Source: Saccharolobus islandicus REY15A (GTDB taxonomy: Archaea; Thermoproteota; Thermoprotei_A; Sulfolobales; Sulfolobaceae). Taken from it: a DNA stretch of 64,000 nucleotides. Below, in pieces: positions 31,897-45,067 of this stretch. Position 1 is the stretch's first letter, and every line of letters begins with the position of its first letter. Location of the stretch: NCBI RefSeq assembly GCF_000189555.1, contig NC_017276.1. One strand, 5' to 3'. A program made the translations under genes and the position numbers. The notes under the pieces were generated by a model. That model ran no database searches and was not told the origin of the DNA. It saw nothing but the letters and a program-made list of their open reading frames with translations.

Positions 31897-33312
31897 ATGC
31901 CAAGTACTGCAGAAGATGTACTCAAATTCCTAAAGGAAAATAACATAAAATGGGTAGATCTACAATTTACAGATGTCCCTGGTAGACTACATCATATTAC
32001 AATTCCTGCTAGTGATTTTGATTTAGAATCTCTAAAAACAGGTTTCGGTAAATTAGATGGAAGCAGTATAAGAGGATTTACTAGTATTTATGAAAGCGAT
32101 ATGGTGCTATTACCAGTACCAGAAACCATGACACTAGTTCCTTGGTCTCCTGGAGTAGCTAGAGTATTATGCAAAGTTTTCTGGGGAGGAGGAAAGGGAA
32201 GATTTGAAAGGGATCCTAGATTCATAGCAGAGGAAGCTGAGAAATATCAAGCAGAACAAGGTTACACTTCTTACTATGGTCCAGAATTGGAATTCTTCAT
32301 GTTTGATAAGGTAAAATTAGACGTAAGTACTCCACAGTCCGGAACTGGATACAAAATTCATGCAAGAGAGGCTCCATGGAGCGATAGTGGAACCTTTGTA
32401 ATAAGATTTAAGGAAGGATATTACCCTGCACCACCAGTTGATCAACTAATGGATGTAAGAGTAGAGATCGTTGATACTTTAGTTAAATACTTTGGATATA
32501 CCATAGAAGCTACACATCATGAAGTTGCAACTGCAGGACAAGGAGAAATAGATTTCAGATTCTCCACTCTTGTAGATACTGCAGATAAGGTTCAAACTTT
32601 GAAGTATGTAGCCAAAAACGTTGCTGCAAAACACGGATTGGTAGTAACTTTCATGCCAAAACCTATTTATGGTGATAATGGAACGGGTATGCATACGCAC
32701 CTTAGTTTATGGACTAAGGATGGAAAGAAGAATTTAATGTATGATCCTAATGAAGAATATGCAGAGATAAGCCAGTTTGGAAGATATGTAATCGGAGGTC
32801 TTTTAACACATGCTAGAGCTTTATCAGCAATAGTGTCTCCTACTGTAAATAGTTATAGAAGGTTAATACCAGGATTTGAAGCTCCTGTTTACATTGCATG
32901 GAGCAAGGGAAACAGAAGTGCTGTAGTTAGAGTTCCAGCATATTACAAAGGAATGGAGAAGGCTAAGAGAATAGAGTATAGACCTCCAGATCCTTCCACT
33001 AATCCATATTTAGCATTTGCTGCATTGCTAATGGCTGCATTGGATGGTGTGAACAAGAAAATAGATCCAGGAGATCCGGTGGATGAGAACATATATCATC
33101 TAACTCCAGAGAAGAGAAGACAATTAGGAATAAAAGAACTACCTAGATCATTAAATGAAGCTTTGGATGAGTTGGAAAGTGATAAAGAGTTCTTAAAGCC
33201 AGTATTTAATTCGTCATTGTTAGATACTTACATAGACCTAAAGAGAGATGAAGCACGAAGCTTGCAAGGCTATCCACACCCTATGGAGTTATACTACTAC
33301 CTAGATTCTTAA
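31897..33312 (+). CDS. glnA: Glutamine synthetase type I
   Basis: [58 protein letters not shown]. Confidence 0.97.
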   Translation: MPSTAEDVLKFLKENNIKWVDLQFTDVPGRLHHITIPASDFDLESLKTGFGKLDGSSIRGFTSIYESDMVLLPVPETMTLVPWSPGVARVLCKVFWGGGKGRFERDPRFIAEEAEKYQAEQGYTSYYGPELEFFMFDKVKLDVSTPQSGTGYKIHAREAPWSDSGTFVIRFKEGYYPAPPVDQLMDVRVEIVDTLVKYFGYTIEATHHEVATAGQGEIDFRFSTLVDTADKVQTLKYVAKNVAAKHGLVVTFMPKPIYGDNGTGMHTHLSLWTKDGKKNLMYDPNEEYAEISQFGRYVIGGLLTHARALSAIVSPTVNSYRRLIPGFEAPVYIAWSKGNRSAVVRVPAYYKGMEKAKRIEYRPPDPSTNPYLAFAALLMAALDGVNKKIDPGDPVDENIYHLTPEKRRQLGIKELPRSLNEALDELESDKEFLKPVFNSSLLDTYIDLKRDEARSLQGYPHPMELYYYLDS

Positions 33313-34214
33313 ATTGGTATAAAAATTCCAGAATTTTTTAACGCATTTTTAAACTCATTAAGGTCTAGGTAGTAGTCGAATTCATAATTTTTTGATGCTT
33401 CTTTTAGAATATTGTAATCAATATTAAGTAAGTTTGAATAACTTGAAATCCACCTATCCATAGAAGACTTAAACCAGCTAAACGACTCCTCATAAATATT
33501 CTTTATTCTCTCCCAATCCATAGTATCCCTTACTGCTAATGTACAACAATGCAATGGTGTAAATCTATGCACTTTATGTCCCTTCCTCTCTAAAATCGAC
33601 AAAAAGGGTTCCCAAATTGCTATACCATCAACTATTCCTTTTTCAAGAAAGTCCAACATTTGATACGAACTATAAGATGGAATGATCTCAATATTCTTGA
33701 ATTCACTAAATGCCCATATTTCCATACTTGACATCACAGTTGATGCAATTCTGTTGCACGTTTTGCCTATAATTCCACCTCCACCTTTAGCACCTCCCCC
33801 AATAATTCTTATATTACGATATATTGTTGAAAATATCATTTGCGTTATTATCGGGGATAAACCTAAATCTAACTTGCCTTCAACTAAGTCCCTAGTCAAA
33901 TCAACCCCATTTTCATAAATTTTAACAGTAACGTTGTATCCTCTATTCTCTAAGTTTTTGATAAATGGAATTATGAACGGATACTCTGCAGCTCTTATAA
34001 TCCCTAACCTTAAGAATCTATCTTGAGATAAGCTCACCTCTAGGTTTTTTCCTAAAACCTTTCTTCTCTTTACTACACCTTCTTTCTCAAGTTCGGATAA
34101 GACTTCAGATAATCTACTCTTCGATAATCCAGAAAGTTTCCCTAGTTCACTTTGAGGAACAGAACCTTTTTCCTTCAAGATAGATATAACTTTATCTTTA
34201 CTACTCATTAACAA
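33309..34214 (-). CDS. Winged-HTH fused to a periplasmic-binding-type (PBP2) domain
   Basis: N-terminal [29 protein letters not shown]; C-terminal part resembles NMT1/SsuA-like binders ([18 protein letters not shown]). Confidence 0.7.
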   Translation of the reverse strand: MLMSSKDKVISILKEKGSVPQSELGKLSGLSKSRLSEVLSELEKEGVVKRRKVLGKNLEVSLSQDRFLRLGIIRAAEYPFIIPFIKNLENRGYNVTVKIYENGVDLTRDLVEGKLDLGLSPIITQMIFSTIYRNIRIIGGGAKGGGGIIGKTCNRIASTVMSSMEIWAFSEFKNIEIIPSYSSYQMLDFLEKGIVDGIAIWEPFLSILERKGHKVHRFTPLHCCTLAVRDTMDWERIKNIYEESFSWFKSSMDRWISSYSNLLNIDYNILKEASKNYEFDYYLDLNEFKNALKNSGIFIPI

Positions 34215-34233
34215 TTAATTATTCTAAAAAACT

Positions 34234-34860
34234 CTATAATAAGTTTACCTTATTTGCATTATCGAGTAACCTGAAGACATGATTTTGTAAAGCTCTATTA
34301 GTCTTAAACAGCCCTCTGTATGCTACTGAAACTAACTTGGCCTCTTTATCCTTTACTCCTCTGACATATGAACACATATGTATTGCGTTCCCGATCACCA
34401 TAACACCTTTAGGTTTTATTTCGCTATTCATTATAGCATCAGCTATTTGCTCTACTAACCTCTCTTGAATTTGAAGACGGGATGAGTAATAATTTACAAT
34501 TCTAATTATTTTGCTAAAACCAGCAACCTTGCCACTATTACTAACAATGTACGCTACATGAATTTTTCCAATGATTGGCAACATATGATGCTCACACAAT
34601 GACGAAAAGTTAACGTCTTTTATTAGTACTATTTGGTTCTTTTCGTATACTTCACCATCTTCGCCTAAACTGAATACCTTTATTTGAGGGGGTGGCGTTC
34701 TCAATCCTGAGGTCATTTCTAATAAAGCCTTTGCTACTCTTTCAGGTGTCTCTTTAAGCCCTTCTCTTTCCGGATTCTCACCCAGTAGTTCGAGAATTTC
34801 TCTAATCCTTCTAGCTATTTCTTCTACTAGTTTTTGGTCATCTAATTCTGTCTTTTGCAT
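34234..34860 (-). CDS. folE: GTP cyclohydrolase I
   Basis: [38 protein letters not shown]. Confidence 0.95.
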
Positions 34861-34913
34861 ACCGTTTATAGTTTAGTGAAGAAATCTATTATAACTATTT
34901 TGTTAAAAAACTT

Positions 34914-35972
34914 CTACAACAGCTTATAAGCAGTTTCTAACACGATTGGTTTACCCTTGGTTACTATAAGGGTATCTTCTATACGTATACCAAACCTGCC
35001 TTTCAGATATATTCCAGGTTCAACAGTAATAATCATATTTTCCTTTAATATTTGCTTAGAATTCATTGAAATTGCAGGACTTTCGTGAATTTCTACCCCA
35101 ACTCCATGACCCGTAGAATGTATAAAATATTTACCATAACCAGCCTTTTCTATAACTCTTCTAGCAATAACATCTACTTCCGAAGCCACTATCCCATCCC
35201 TTACAATATCTATAGCCTCCATTTGCGCTTCCAAAACTATTTCATAGACTTTCTTTGCTTCACTATTTTTAAATACAAAAGTCCTAGTACTATCAAAACA
35301 GTAACCATTATATTTCGCACCTATATCAAAGAGTACAATGTCGTTATTTCTTAACACACGATCTGTAGGAATATGATGAGGGTATGCGGAATTCTCCCCA
35401 AAGGCCACTATAGATGGAAAAGCGTAATCTTCAGCACCCATAGATTTCATAGTCATATCGATAATGCCTGCAACTTGTTTTTCATTAGAGGTTCCTTCAC
35501 TCAATTTTTCCATTCCAATTTTCATTGCAACGGCAGTGATTTCACCGGCTTTCCTTATTCTTTCTATCTCATCGTCATCCTTAACTTCCCTTAACCTTGT
35601 TATTTCGTTAGAAAAATCCATTACCCTATACTTTTCTGATAATGCCCTATACGTACTCGCATCAACCCAGTTTACGTCTACCATTATGCTATTCTTATTG
35701 ATAATTTTTTCAATAGCTTTAAATATATTACCCTCAATAACATTCTCAAGAATTTTAGATGGGTAGTAAATCACAATATCAACGTCTTTTACATTCTCTG
35801 CTCTGTACATCTCTAGAGCGGGAACGAGCAAGGTAAAACGTGAATCACAATAAACTAACGCCCCTGCTCCAGAATACTCTAGGAAGTAAAATAAATTTGG
35901 AGAACCAAGTATTATAGCACAACTATCTTTTTTATCTTCTAGGATCGCCTTGAGCTTTCTTAGTCTATTCAT
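34914..35972 (-). CDS. pepQ: Xaa-Pro dipeptidase (M24B prolidase)
   Basis: [41 protein letters not shown]. Confidence 0.9.
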   Translation of the reverse strand: MNRLRKLKAILEDKKDSCAIILGSPNLFYFLEYSGAGALVYCDSRFTLLVPALEMYRAENVKDVDIVIYYPSKILENVIEGNIFKAIEKIINKNSIMVDVNWVDASTYRALSEKYRVMDFSNEITRLREVKDDDEIERIRKAGEITAVAMKIGMEKLSEGTSNEKQVAGIIDMTMKSMGAEDYAFPSIVAFGENSAYPHHIPTDRVLRNNDIVLFDIGAKYNGYCFDSTRTFVFKNSEAKKVYEIVLEAQMEAIDIVRDGIVASEVDVIARRVIEKAGYGKYFIHSTGHGVGVEIHESPAISMNSKQILKENMIITVEPGIYLKGRFGIRIEDTLIVTKGKPIVLETAYKLL

Positions 35973-36895
35973 ATTTTATATTTGAAGTTAGGCTCTCTAA
36001 TAGCTATTGCTATCATAAAGGCCCTTCCTAATAGTTCCTCTTTAACATCTTCCGAATATTCACCTTTTAATATATCTAATATATCTATTACGTTATCTTC
36101 TCTATATAAACACGTCTTCAACTTTCCATCAACAGATAATCTAATCCTATTGCATCCAGCACAGAATATTGGATTTGCATAAGGCTTGACTACCTCAACT
36201 ATTAACCCAGAAGGTAGCACATAACGTGGTCTAAAATGCTTTTTCCTAATTTGCTTTTTAATAGATATTTTCTCAATGTACTCTTCTATTTCTCTTAAAT
36301 CATCATGTTCTTTAAAAGCTAATTTCCCTAATCCTACTGGATGTAGTTCTATAAGATGTATTTCATTTACACCTAAATTTTGGGATAGTTCAATAAACTT
36401 AAAGACTTCTTCACGATTTCTCCTATTTACAACAAAATTTAACTTAACTGGTACTAAACCCACGTCTATAGCGCTTTTTATCCCTTCAATTACTCTATCG
36501 AAAGCATCTACGCCCGTAATTTTCTTGAATGTCTCCCTTGAAATAGCGTGAAGGCTAACATTAATCCTATCAAGTCCAGCTAGCTTTAATTTATAAGCCA
36601 AATCCTTTAGGAGAAAACCATTAGTTGTCATGGACACGTCTCTATATCCTAATTGCTTAAGTCCTCGAACAATTTCAACCAGATCTCGTCGTAATGTTGG
36701 TTCTCCTCCAGTTAATTTCACAGAGTTTATACCAAAGTTCTTAGCTACTTTGGCAACTAATAGAATATCTTCTTTACTTAAAATGTAATTATCTCCTTCT
36801 TCCCCCTCCATATGGCAGAAGAAGCATTCAAAGTTACATACGTGTGTTAACGTTATCCTAAAATCTTCTAATGGTCTACCAAATCTATCAATCAT
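35969..36895 (-). CDS. moaA: GTP 3',8-cyclase MoaA
   Basis: [41 protein letters not shown]. Confidence 0.93.
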   Translation of the reverse strand: MIDRFGRPLEDFRITLTHVCNFECFFCHMEGEEGDNYILSKEDILLVAKVAKNFGINSVKLTGGEPTLRRDLVEIVRGLKQLGYRDVSMTTNGFLLKDLAYKLKLAGLDRINVSLHAISRETFKKITGVDAFDRVIEGIKSAIDVGLVPVKLNFVVNRRNREEVFKFIELSQNLGVNEIHLIELHPVGLGKLAFKEHDDLREIEEYIEKISIKKQIRKKHFRPRYVLPSGLIVEVVKPYANPIFCAGCNRIRLSVDGKLKTCLYREDNVIDILDILKGEYSEDVKEELLGRAFMIAIAIREPNFKYKI

Positions 36896-36933
36896 TAATA
36901 GCTTTTTTACCTCAAAAGATTATAAACACATGT

Positions 36934-37122
36934 ATGAATGCAGTAATTTGTCCAAAATGCAGAATTAGAATGGACTTTATTGCTGAGTCTGAAAGTACTG
37001 ATGGCACAAAGAAGGTAATAAGATATTACTATAGATGTCCAGCATGTGGATCAAGAATTTTAGACTCTAATATAGAGACTATAAAAGATACAACAAATAT
37101 TTTAATAAAAATTACTCATTAA
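36934..37122 (+). CDS. Small Zn-ribbon protein (62 aa)
   Basis: CPKC...CPAC; ATG 36934, divergent from moaA. Confidence 0.75.
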   Translation: MNAVICPKCRIRMDFIAESESTDGTKKVIRYYYRCPACGSRILDSNIETIKDTTNILIKITH

Positions 37123-37758
37123 GTTTTTTAGTATATATAAATGAGTTGGAGGGTATATTCCCATTAGATTTATATTCTTTATATCAAAGAACTCTTTAGC
37201 AATACTCTTATCTGGCATATACTCATCTAGAAATCTTTTAGCTACCTCCTGGAAGTGATTTATATTAACTATTTTGTAACTTAAAAATAAGAAGAATACT
37301 ACTAAATCCCAAGCTCTATAATACAGATTATTAGATTTAAATGATTGCTCAGCGTCTATGACAGCTAACTTACTTCTATTTACTATAACAAAGTTACTTA
37401 TTTTAGTGTCACCTAGCACATATCCGACCTCATGAATTTCTCTTAAGCCTTTCGCCACGATCTCTATATTTTCTTCATTTATTTCATCCCCTTCTATAAA
37501 CTCTCTAGTAATGCAAAGTTCTTTTGCATCAATATCGATTAGTTTAGGTACAATAATTATATCCTTCCATGTGTTATCCAAGAAAAAATCCAGTTCTCTA
37601 ACGAATCTTTCCTTAGGATCAGCAACATATGGATAATTCCAAAAGAAAGTGGAGATAAAATACCACTTTATTCCAAAGATTGTCATGTAGCATTTTTGCA
37701 CATATATCTTTTCATCCTTCTTTATAATTCTTGACTGACTGTATGAATTTTTAAACAT
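37102..37758 (-). CDS. Atypical protein-kinase-like protein (Bud32/RIO/Kdo-like fold)
   Basis: VQK, RFVRE, VPKL, REFIEG, IH..GYVLGDTKISN, VIDAE. Confidence 0.8.
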   Translation of the reverse strand: MFKNSYSQSRIIKKDEKIYVQKCYMTIFGIKWYFISTFFWNYPYVADPKERFVRELDFFLDNTWKDIIIVPKLIDIDAKELCITREFIEGDEINEENIEIVAKGLREIHEVGYVLGDTKISNFVIVNRSKLAVIDAEQSFKSNNLYYRAWDLVVFFLFLSYKIVNINHFQEVAKRFLDEYMPDKSIAKEFFDIKNINLMGIYPPTHLYILKNLMSNFY

Positions 37759-37909
37759 CGTTTGCTATATCTATTCTTAACCTTATTAACTCTCCGTCAT
37801 CATATATCTCATTAGGTTTTTTAGATAAAAATTTTGATATATCTAAGCTTCTAGGAGAAAAATCCAAAATATCTCCTTTCTTGTTCATTATAACTATTAC
37901 TTCTGGCAC
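37751..37909 (-). CDS. Unannotated 52-aa protein MPEVIVIMNKKGDILDFSPRSLDISKFLSKKPNEIYDDGELIRLRIDIANDV
   Basis: GTG start with AGGAG upstream; fills the cysM-kinase gap; its stop overlaps the kinase ATG. Too short for the supplied ORF track. Confidence 0.65.
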   Translation of the reverse strand: MPEVIVIMNKKGDILDFSPRSLDISKFLSKKPNEIYDDGELIRLRIDIANDV

Positions 37910-37925
37910 AGTTATTTGCTTACTC

Positions 37926-38819
37926 CTAAATCTCTTTTAAAGTTTGCTCTAGAATATCAACATACTTGAAAGCATCATCTGGAAATATAAGCACTGTAGT
38001 TGAGGAAACGTCGTTTATCCTCTTATAGGCTGCCACAGTAGCACCTGCACTTATACCTATTAAAATCCCAGAAGTCCTTGCCACGCTAATTGTTCCATCA
38101 ATTGCCTCTTCCAAACTTACATCAACTACGCGATCTATCTTTATATCCCTCAGTAAAGAATTAGATCCATTTTGTCTCTTTATCCCCGGAATTCTGGAAT
38201 TTTCTGAGGGTTGGACTCCTACTATCTCTACATCATTCCCGTATTTCTCTTTAAAATACTTAGCAACCCCTGCTATATGACCTCCAGTTCCCATTGTGGC
38301 TATAATACGTGAAGGTCTCTTTCCAATAGAAGTTAACTGTTCATCAATTTCTCTAGCAGTAGTCTCATAGTGAGCTATTACATTTATTGGATTATTGAAC
38401 TGATCCAAATTGACCGCATTACTCATTTCTGCAAACCTCTTTACTAAAGGTATTACATCATTGGTGGAATTGCCAGCTTCTATGACATTACCTCCTAATA
38501 GCTTCACCAAAACCTTATAGACCTTTGGGGCAACTACTGGGAGAAACATTGTGAATTGCATTCCATAAATTGACGATAATGATGCTAGTGCTATTCCAGT
38601 ATTGCCAGAGGTGGCTTCAACTATATGATTTACATTCTTTATTAACGCTTGTCTAAATAAGAACCACGCTGTCCTATCTTTTACACTTCTGCTAAAAGGA
38701 TTATAAAATTCTAGTTTAGCCCACGTATCATTTCCTATTCTAAGTTTTAGTAGCGGAGTAGGCCACATGCCTTCTAGTAACTCTTGCTCATTTGAGAATA
38801 CGTGAAGAGGGTTTGACAC
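37926..38819 (-). CDS. PLP-dependent cysteine synthase family protein (CysM/O-phosphoserine sulfhydrylase-like)
   Basis: PTPL, KLEFYNP..SVKDR (PLP Lys), [25 protein letters not shown]. Confidence 0.9.
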   Translation of the reverse strand: MSNPLHVFSNEQELLEGMWPTPLLKLRIGNDTWAKLEFYNPFSRSVKDRTAWFLFRQALIKNVNHIVEATSGNTGIALASLSSIYGMQFTMFLPVVAPKVYKVLVKLLGGNVIEAGNSTNDVIPLVKRFAEMSNAVNLDQFNNPINVIAHYETTAREIDEQLTSIGKRPSRIIATMGTGGHIAGVAKYFKEKYGNDVEIVGVQPSENSRIPGIKRQNGSNSLLRDIKIDRVVDVSLEEAIDGTISVARTSGILIGISAGATVAAYKRINDVSSTTVLIFPDDAFKYVDILEQTLKEI

Positions 38820-38860
38820 AATATAGATCTACCGAGATTTTAGTAGTGAGAAACTGGTAT

Positions 38861-39091
38861 TTATTTATTTTTAATCAACTTTAGCCTTACTTCTAACTTT
38901 CCATCCTTTTTAGATACGCCAAGAAATAGATTACCAGTTTCGTTACACCATTTCTCTAACTCTTGCCCTACCGCTTGCCATGTAGTAATTATTACTAATT
39001 CCTCCTCCTCGCCTTTTTTTAGGGAAACCCACTCTTTTACTACATTAGTTAAAATAACTGGGCATATATCATTTGATTCGATAATTTTCAT
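38861..39091 (-). CDS. TusA/SirA-like sulfur carrier
   Basis: ICPV near the N-terminus, ELVIIT....[11 protein letters not shown] pattern, 76 aa. Confidence 0.75.
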   Translation of the reverse strand: MKIIESNDICPVILTNVVKEWVSLKKGEEEELVIITTWQAVGQELEKWCNETGNLFLGVSKKDGKLEVRLKLIKNK

Positions 39092-39489
39092 AGTGTAATC
39101 ACCACATCTGATTCCTTTGCTTCCAATAGAAATGATATACTTCCTGATAATTTAACATTATCTAATAGATCTTCACTTTTAGCAGCCACAAGCCTTAAGC
39201 CAGTCTCATCAACAAAGAACTCAACACCTTGATTTATCGCATCATCAATTAATTTTTCAGGATCTGGAATAGATAGTCTCCTCATTTGAAGCTTAACGAA
39301 AAATCTGGCAAGGAAAGGTAAACCTAATCTCCCTTTTCCCTTCCCTGCTTTGGTGAAAAGAATTACGGCTTGCGATGTTACGAAAAACTTAACGTCCCAG
39401 CCTAACGCTCTTGCGCCTAAAGCTACTACCAGACCATGATAGAGTTTATCTAAACTATTATCTGCAAGTAAGATAGTAATCTTACTCAT
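39088..39489 (-). CDS. DsrE/DsrF-like family protein (no cysteine)
   Basis: [36 protein letters not shown] match the DsrE_2/peroxiredoxin-like fold. Confidence 0.75.
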   Translation of the reverse strand: MSKITILLADNSLDKLYHGLVVALGARALGWDVKFFVTSQAVILFTKAGKGKGRLGLPFLARFFVKLQMRRLSIPDPEKLIDDAINQGVEFFVDETGLRLVAAKSEDLLDNVKLSGSISFLLEAKESDVVITL

Positions 39490-39532
39490 CAGTAATTTAA
39501 ACTTCTACAAAGATTATAAAAGTGTAAACAAG

Positions 39533-40528
39533 ATGATGATAAGAGCGATAACAATTTTCGTCACTAACTACTCAAAAATTAATGAATACACGGAGAAATT
39601 AAGTAAATTAAATGATAACAGCATATGGAGTAAAAGGATCTCACTACCACCTACACCTAGTGATTTAAGCTTAAGCAAGCTAATAGAACTATTACCTACA
39701 TCGCATAATGAAATTATATTTAGTCTAGTTAATCTTCAAGAAAAAGATAAGAGATTAAGAGAAATTAAAGACATTTTGAAATCTGATAATAGAATTTACG
39801 CTCATGTATTAGTAAAAACAACGGATAAACTAAAAGATCTAGCAAAACTTAACATTAGTCTAGAGCCTGAGGAAGCGTCGAGGTTTGCCTTATTATTTAA
39901 CCAAGATTTTCTACTAACCCCATATTTTCCAACCTCTTCTTCGAATACTATTTATGACTCTTTTGGACTATCTTTACTATATGTAAATGAATTCAGACAA
40001 GGAAAGATAAATGAGGCCTTATCAAAAGCAGACGCAATAGGGAGACAATTAGAGAAGAAATTAGGTATAAAATACTTAGGAATTGATGCGTCATTATCAC
40101 CGTGGATGGAAAGTAGTGTGGGAGAAATCATAGAAAATAGGAGTAGGAAAATATTTGACATCTCCAATTTATCAATAATAGCCGAAATTAATAGGGAGAT
40201 ATTTGAGGGGGTTTGGAGAAATAGAGTAAATCCCATAGGTTTTTCAGAATTAATGTTACCAGTTGCAGAGGATAATCTTCTTAAGGAGAGAGCTAAGGAG
40301 GGAAGCATAACTTTAAAGGATTTGTTATTAATGAGTTATGTTTGTGTCGCAGGCATTGACATGGTTGGTATATATTCAGATTTAGTTACATATGAAAATA
40401 TATTGAAATCAATTTACTATATTCAATATACAAAACGAAAACCCTACGGTGTAAGGATGATACCAACTAATGGAAGCCCAGTATTAACTAAGATGTTTGG
40501 AGAAATACCCGAGGTAAAAGTAGTATAG
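39533..40528 (+). CDS. DUF711 family protein
   Basis: MIRAITIF, GIDASLSP, GFSELMLPVAED..L, VCVAGIDM. Confidence 0.75.
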   Translation: MMIRAITIFVTNYSKINEYTEKLSKLNDNSIWSKRISLPPTPSDLSLSKLIELLPTSHNEIIFSLVNLQEKDKRLREIKDILKSDNRIYAHVLVKTTDKLKDLAKLNISLEPEEASRFALLFNQDFLLTPYFPTSSSNTIYDSFGLSLLYVNEFRQGKINEALSKADAIGRQLEKKLGIKYLGIDASLSPWMESSVGEIIENRSRKIFDISNLSIIAEINREIFEGVWRNRVNPIGFSELMLPVAEDNLLKERAKEGSITLKDLLLMSYVCVAGIDMVGIYSDLVTYENILKSIYYIQYTKRKPYGVRMIPTNGSPVLTKMFGEIPEVKVV

Positions 40529-40589
40529 TATAGTATAAAACTACTTTTATAAACTTTGAACTATATGATACAAGTGGAGGTAGTATTTA

Positions 40590-41645
40590 ATGGAAGTTAG
40601 AAGAGTTCAAAAGTTCGGCAAATCTACACTTATGGTTTCTTTACCTGCAGAGTGGGTTAAGGAAGTATCTCTGAGTCCAGGGGAAAGTGTATATCTAGAA
40701 GTTGATGAGGATGGTAGTCTAAAAGTATATCCGCCTAATCTAAAGGCGGAAAGTAAGGCAAAAGAGATGAAAATAAGTATACAAAATGATAGTGTGCAAG
40801 GTGAATTAGTAAGCAGAGTAATATACTCATTGTACATTCTAGGCTATGATAGGATAGATATAGAAAGTAAAAGTGGGATATTTACTGAGGATATACTGAG
40901 GAAAGTTAAAGATACAATAAGGAACTTGATTGGATTAGAGATTGTATCGCAAACAACAGATACAATACAAATACAATCTTTTCTTGACCCTACAAAATAT
41001 ACCATGAACAATCTAATTAATAGATTATCAAATTCAATAAAACAAATGCTTCACTACCTAGATCTTGGAATTAAGGAATCAAGTAGAACTTTCTTACAAG
41101 AAGTAATAGAATTAGAAAGAGAAGTAGATAGATTATATTATCTAGCTTTAAGACAATTACTATTAGCTCAAATGAATAGAAGTTTAGCCTATATGATAGG
41201 AGTTAAAAGAATACAAATAGTGGGAAACAGAATTTTAATAAAGGCAATAGAGGAGGCTGCAGATGAGATAAGTGAGATAGCATTAGATCTATTGTCATTG
41301 CATCCATCAGATCTTGAGGAAATGAAAAGACTATGGAACAAGATAAATATGTATATAGAGCAAACTTCTTCTGTAATAGACCATGCAGTAAAAGTTCTGG
41401 CGAAAGAAGATACCATACTGATAAATGAAGTAATGGAAGAATTAAGAACATTAAGAAGAGTATTAATAACTGAAGCTATAATATCAGAGGAAATGATAAA
41501 AGAGGTCAAATCTCCTAGCTTGATCGCGGTATTACGAGCACTTAACTTAAGGTTATATAATGCAATAAGAAGAATGGAGCCTATAACTGAAATAGCGTTT
41601 AACAGAAGCATAGAAAATCAAAAAGAAATTCTAATAACAGGCTAG
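40590..41645 (+). CDS. AbrB-PhoU phosphate-uptake regulator
   Basis: [18 protein letters not shown] (AbrB), [10 protein letters not shown] (PhoU). Confidence 0.88.
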   Translation: MEVRRVQKFGKSTLMVSLPAEWVKEVSLSPGESVYLEVDEDGSLKVYPPNLKAESKAKEMKISIQNDSVQGELVSRVIYSLYILGYDRIDIESKSGIFTEDILRKVKDTIRNLIGLEIVSQTTDTIQIQSFLDPTKYTMNNLINRLSNSIKQMLHYLDLGIKESSRTFLQEVIELEREVDRLYYLALRQLLLAQMNRSLAYMIGVKRIQIVGNRILIKAIEEAADEISEIALDLLSLHPSDLEEMKRLWNKINMYIEQTSSVIDHAVKVLAKEDTILINEVMEELRTLRRVLITEAIISEEMIKEVKSPSLIAVLRALNLRLYNAIRRMEPITEIAFNRSIENQKEILITG

Positions 41646-42805
41646 CTACTTTGCAATTCGGTCAGCTGTTTAATCACGTAGTCCCTTATTTCTTTTGGAG
41701 AAGGTAAAGGTTTTACAATCTTCCCATTCTCAATATATTTTTGAAGTAAGGGCTTACAGTCTGAAGTAGGAGGATTCTGATCCATAAGGGTAATAATATC
41801 ATTTAACTTCCCACATCTATATACTTGCTTAGCTCCAGGCCATTTGCCTCTCTTTGTAAAAGGCACCCATTTACCATCGACAAATTTTTCTACTATATCA
41901 GCGCTGAAATCAACGCTTGGAGGAAACGCTATACTCGTTCCAACTCCAAATCCATCAACGATATCTCGAAGATTAATTATATCCTCCTCATCTATCCCTC
42001 CACTCGCAAATATCTTAACGTGGTCATAACCGTGTATCTTTAACGTCCATCTAACCTCTTGAATAATTTTTCTAAAATTACCTCTTCTACTTGATGGTGT
42101 ATCCAACCTTACACCATACAATTTCTTACCGAGTAAAGTTGCCGCCTTTAAAGCCTCAGTTCTCTCATCTTCGAATGTATCAACTAAGGTTATTCTAGGA
42201 ACCTCAGGAGCCATAGCCTCATCAAAAGCCTTCCAGGCTTTCACGTTGTCACCTACAACAAGCATTAATGCATGAGGCATAGTACCTGAAGGGTCAACTC
42301 CTAGATATTCCTTACTCATGGCACCGGAAACCCCGTCCATACCACCTATGTAAGCTGCCCTATCTGCCATAGGAGCTAATGCAGGGTGGAGAGATCTCAA
42401 ACCAAAGAAAAATAACGTTTTGTCCATTGCGAGGTATTTAAGCCTAGCAGCTTTAGTAGATATACTAGAATAATGCCTTAATATTCCTAGAAATGCAGTC
42501 TCATAAATTCCGAAATCCAAATAATTGCCCTCTATTATCATAACCGGCTCTATTTCTTTAAATAATGTGCCTTCTGGCATCGCGTAAACGTTAACTGGTA
42601 CACCTTCCAATAAATGAAGGACTTCCTCTAAACCAGTGAAAAGAGCCCATTCATAGCCTTTAGGTAAACCGTAAGAATGCACTTCCATCCTCACTTTAGC
42701 GTCTTTAATTCCGAGATACTCTAGTGTCTTTAAGGTTCTTTCAAAATAAATATCTGTAACTTTACCCTCCTTAATCTGCTTAAAATCGGCTATATAAAAT
42801 TCCAT
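41642..42805 (-). CDS. pncB: Nicotinate phosphoribosyltransferase
   Basis: [38 protein letters not shown]. Confidence 0.92.
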   Translation of the reverse strand: MEFYIADFKQIKEGKVTDIYFERTLKTLEYLGIKDAKVRMEVHSYGLPKGYEWALFTGLEEVLHLLEGVPVNVYAMPEGTLFKEIEPVMIIEGNYLDFGIYETAFLGILRHYSSISTKAARLKYLAMDKTLFFFGLRSLHPALAPMADRAAYIGGMDGVSGAMSKEYLGVDPSGTMPHALMLVVGDNVKAWKAFDEAMAPEVPRITLVDTFEDERTEALKAATLLGKKLYGVRLDTPSSRRGNFRKIIQEVRWTLKIHGYDHVKIFASGGIDEEDIINLRDIVDGFGVGTSIAFPPSVDFSADIVEKFVDGKWVPFTKRGKWPGAKQVYRCGKLNDIITLMDQNPPTSDCKPLLQKYIENGKIVKPLPSPKEIRDYVIKQLTELQSS

Positions 42806-42875
42806 TCAAGATCATATGTTATTAAAAAGGAAAAATTTTAAACCTTATATACTACGAATGTAATGGAGTCTTATA

Positions 42876-43340
42876 ATGATAACAGCTGAAATGGTACCTC
42901 CGGAACTTTTGATAAAACGACTAGCGATATATCTTAAGGAGAATGTGAAGACTGTGAACCCACCAGATTGGGCATTATTAGCTAAAACAGCTAGCTTTAA
43001 GGAAAGAGTCCCAGATAACTCAGAGGATTGGTGGTATATAAGAACTGCATCGTTATTGAGAAAACTTTACGTGAACTCGATTATTGGAATAGAAAAAACA
43101 AGAACAATCTACGGCGGAAGCAAAAGAAGGGGGACTAGGCCAGAAAAATTCGTAAAAGCTCCTGGTCATGTAAATAGATTAATATTTCAACAATTAGAAA
43201 AAGCAGGACTAGTTCAAAAAATAAAGAATAAGGGGAGAACTTTAAGTCCTAAGGGAAGGTCATTATTAGATAAATTAGCATTAGAAATCTTTAAAGAGCT
43301 GGCCGAGAATAATACTTCTTTGAAAGTATACTTAGAATAA
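42876..43340 (+). CDS. rps19e: 30S ribosomal protein S19e
   Basis: PPDWA..AKT...ERVP...WWYIR.ASLLRK. Confidence 0.96.
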   Translation: MITAEMVPPELLIKRLAIYLKENVKTVNPPDWALLAKTASFKERVPDNSEDWWYIRTASLLRKLYVNSIIGIEKTRTIYGGSKRRGTRPEKFVKAPGHVNRLIFQQLEKAGLVQKIKNKGRTLSPKGRSLLDKLALEIFKELAENNTSLKVYLE

Positions 43341-43343
43341 GGG

Positions 43344-43709
43344 GTGAAAAAGATGTCAGCTCCAAACTCATATGATGACGAAGAATTAGAAGAATTATTA
43401 AGAAGAAAAGCAGCACAAGAGCAAAAAAGGCTAGAAGAAGAGAGAAAAAGAAAAGCGGAACTAGAATCCCAAAAAGAGTCAATATTAAGAGTCATATTAA
43501 CACCTGAGGCACGACAGAGACTAACAAATATAAAATTAGTTAAGCCTGAATTTGCTGAATCATTAGAGAATCAGTTAATTGCACTGGCACAATCTGGGAG
43601 AATAAAGGTACCAATAACAGATGAGGAATTAAAGCAAATACTAGAACAGATTTCAGAACAGAACAGACGCGATTTCAAAATACAAATAAGAGAGAGAGGA
43701 TGGAAATGA
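43344..43709 (+). CDS. PDCD5-like DNA-binding protein
   Basis: [29 protein letters not shown]. Confidence 0.92.
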   Translation: MKKMSAPNSYDDEELEELLRRKAAQEQKRLEEERKRKAELESQKESILRVILTPEARQRLTNIKLVKPEFAESLENQLIALAQSGRIKVPITDEELKQILEQISEQNRRDFKIQIRERGWK

Positions 43710-43861
43710 GTAGAAATAAACCAGTAGCTAAGAAATTTAGATTAGCCAAAGCATTAAAAGCAAACTCTCCAATACCAATATGGATAGTGTTAAAGACCCG
43801 TGGAAGAGTTAGGTATAATCCCTTAAGAAGGAATTGGAGGAGAAATGATCTAAAGGTGTAA
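43706..43861 (+). CDS. rpl39e: 50S ribosomal protein L39e (51 aa; absent from ORF track)
   Basis: [51 protein letters not shown]. Confidence 0.96.
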   Translation: MSRNKPVAKKFRLAKALKANSPIPIWIVLKTRGRVRYNPLRRNWRRNDLKV

Positions 43862-44799
<938 letters not shown>

Positions 44800-44800
44800 G

Positions 44801-45061
44801 ATGAGTGAAATAAAGTTTTACCTTGTCAAAGGATCTGCCCTATTCGGAGAGTCCCACTATCCAGAGAAGAGAAAATTTGTAAAAATAGTTAGAGCACTGA
44901 ATGAAAAACAAGCAATTGAGTATATTTATTCGTATTTTGGTAGTAAAAATAAGATAAAACGATATAACATAAAGATAGAGCAAATAAGTGAAATAAAAGA
45001 AGAAGAAATTCCAGATAGAAGGATAAGAGAATTAGCAAAGATTGATAAAATTATAATGTGA
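44801..45061 (+). CDS. rpl18a: 50S ribosomal protein L18Ae/LX
   Basis: [27 protein letters not shown]. Confidence 0.9.
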
Positions 45062-45067
45062 TGAGAC

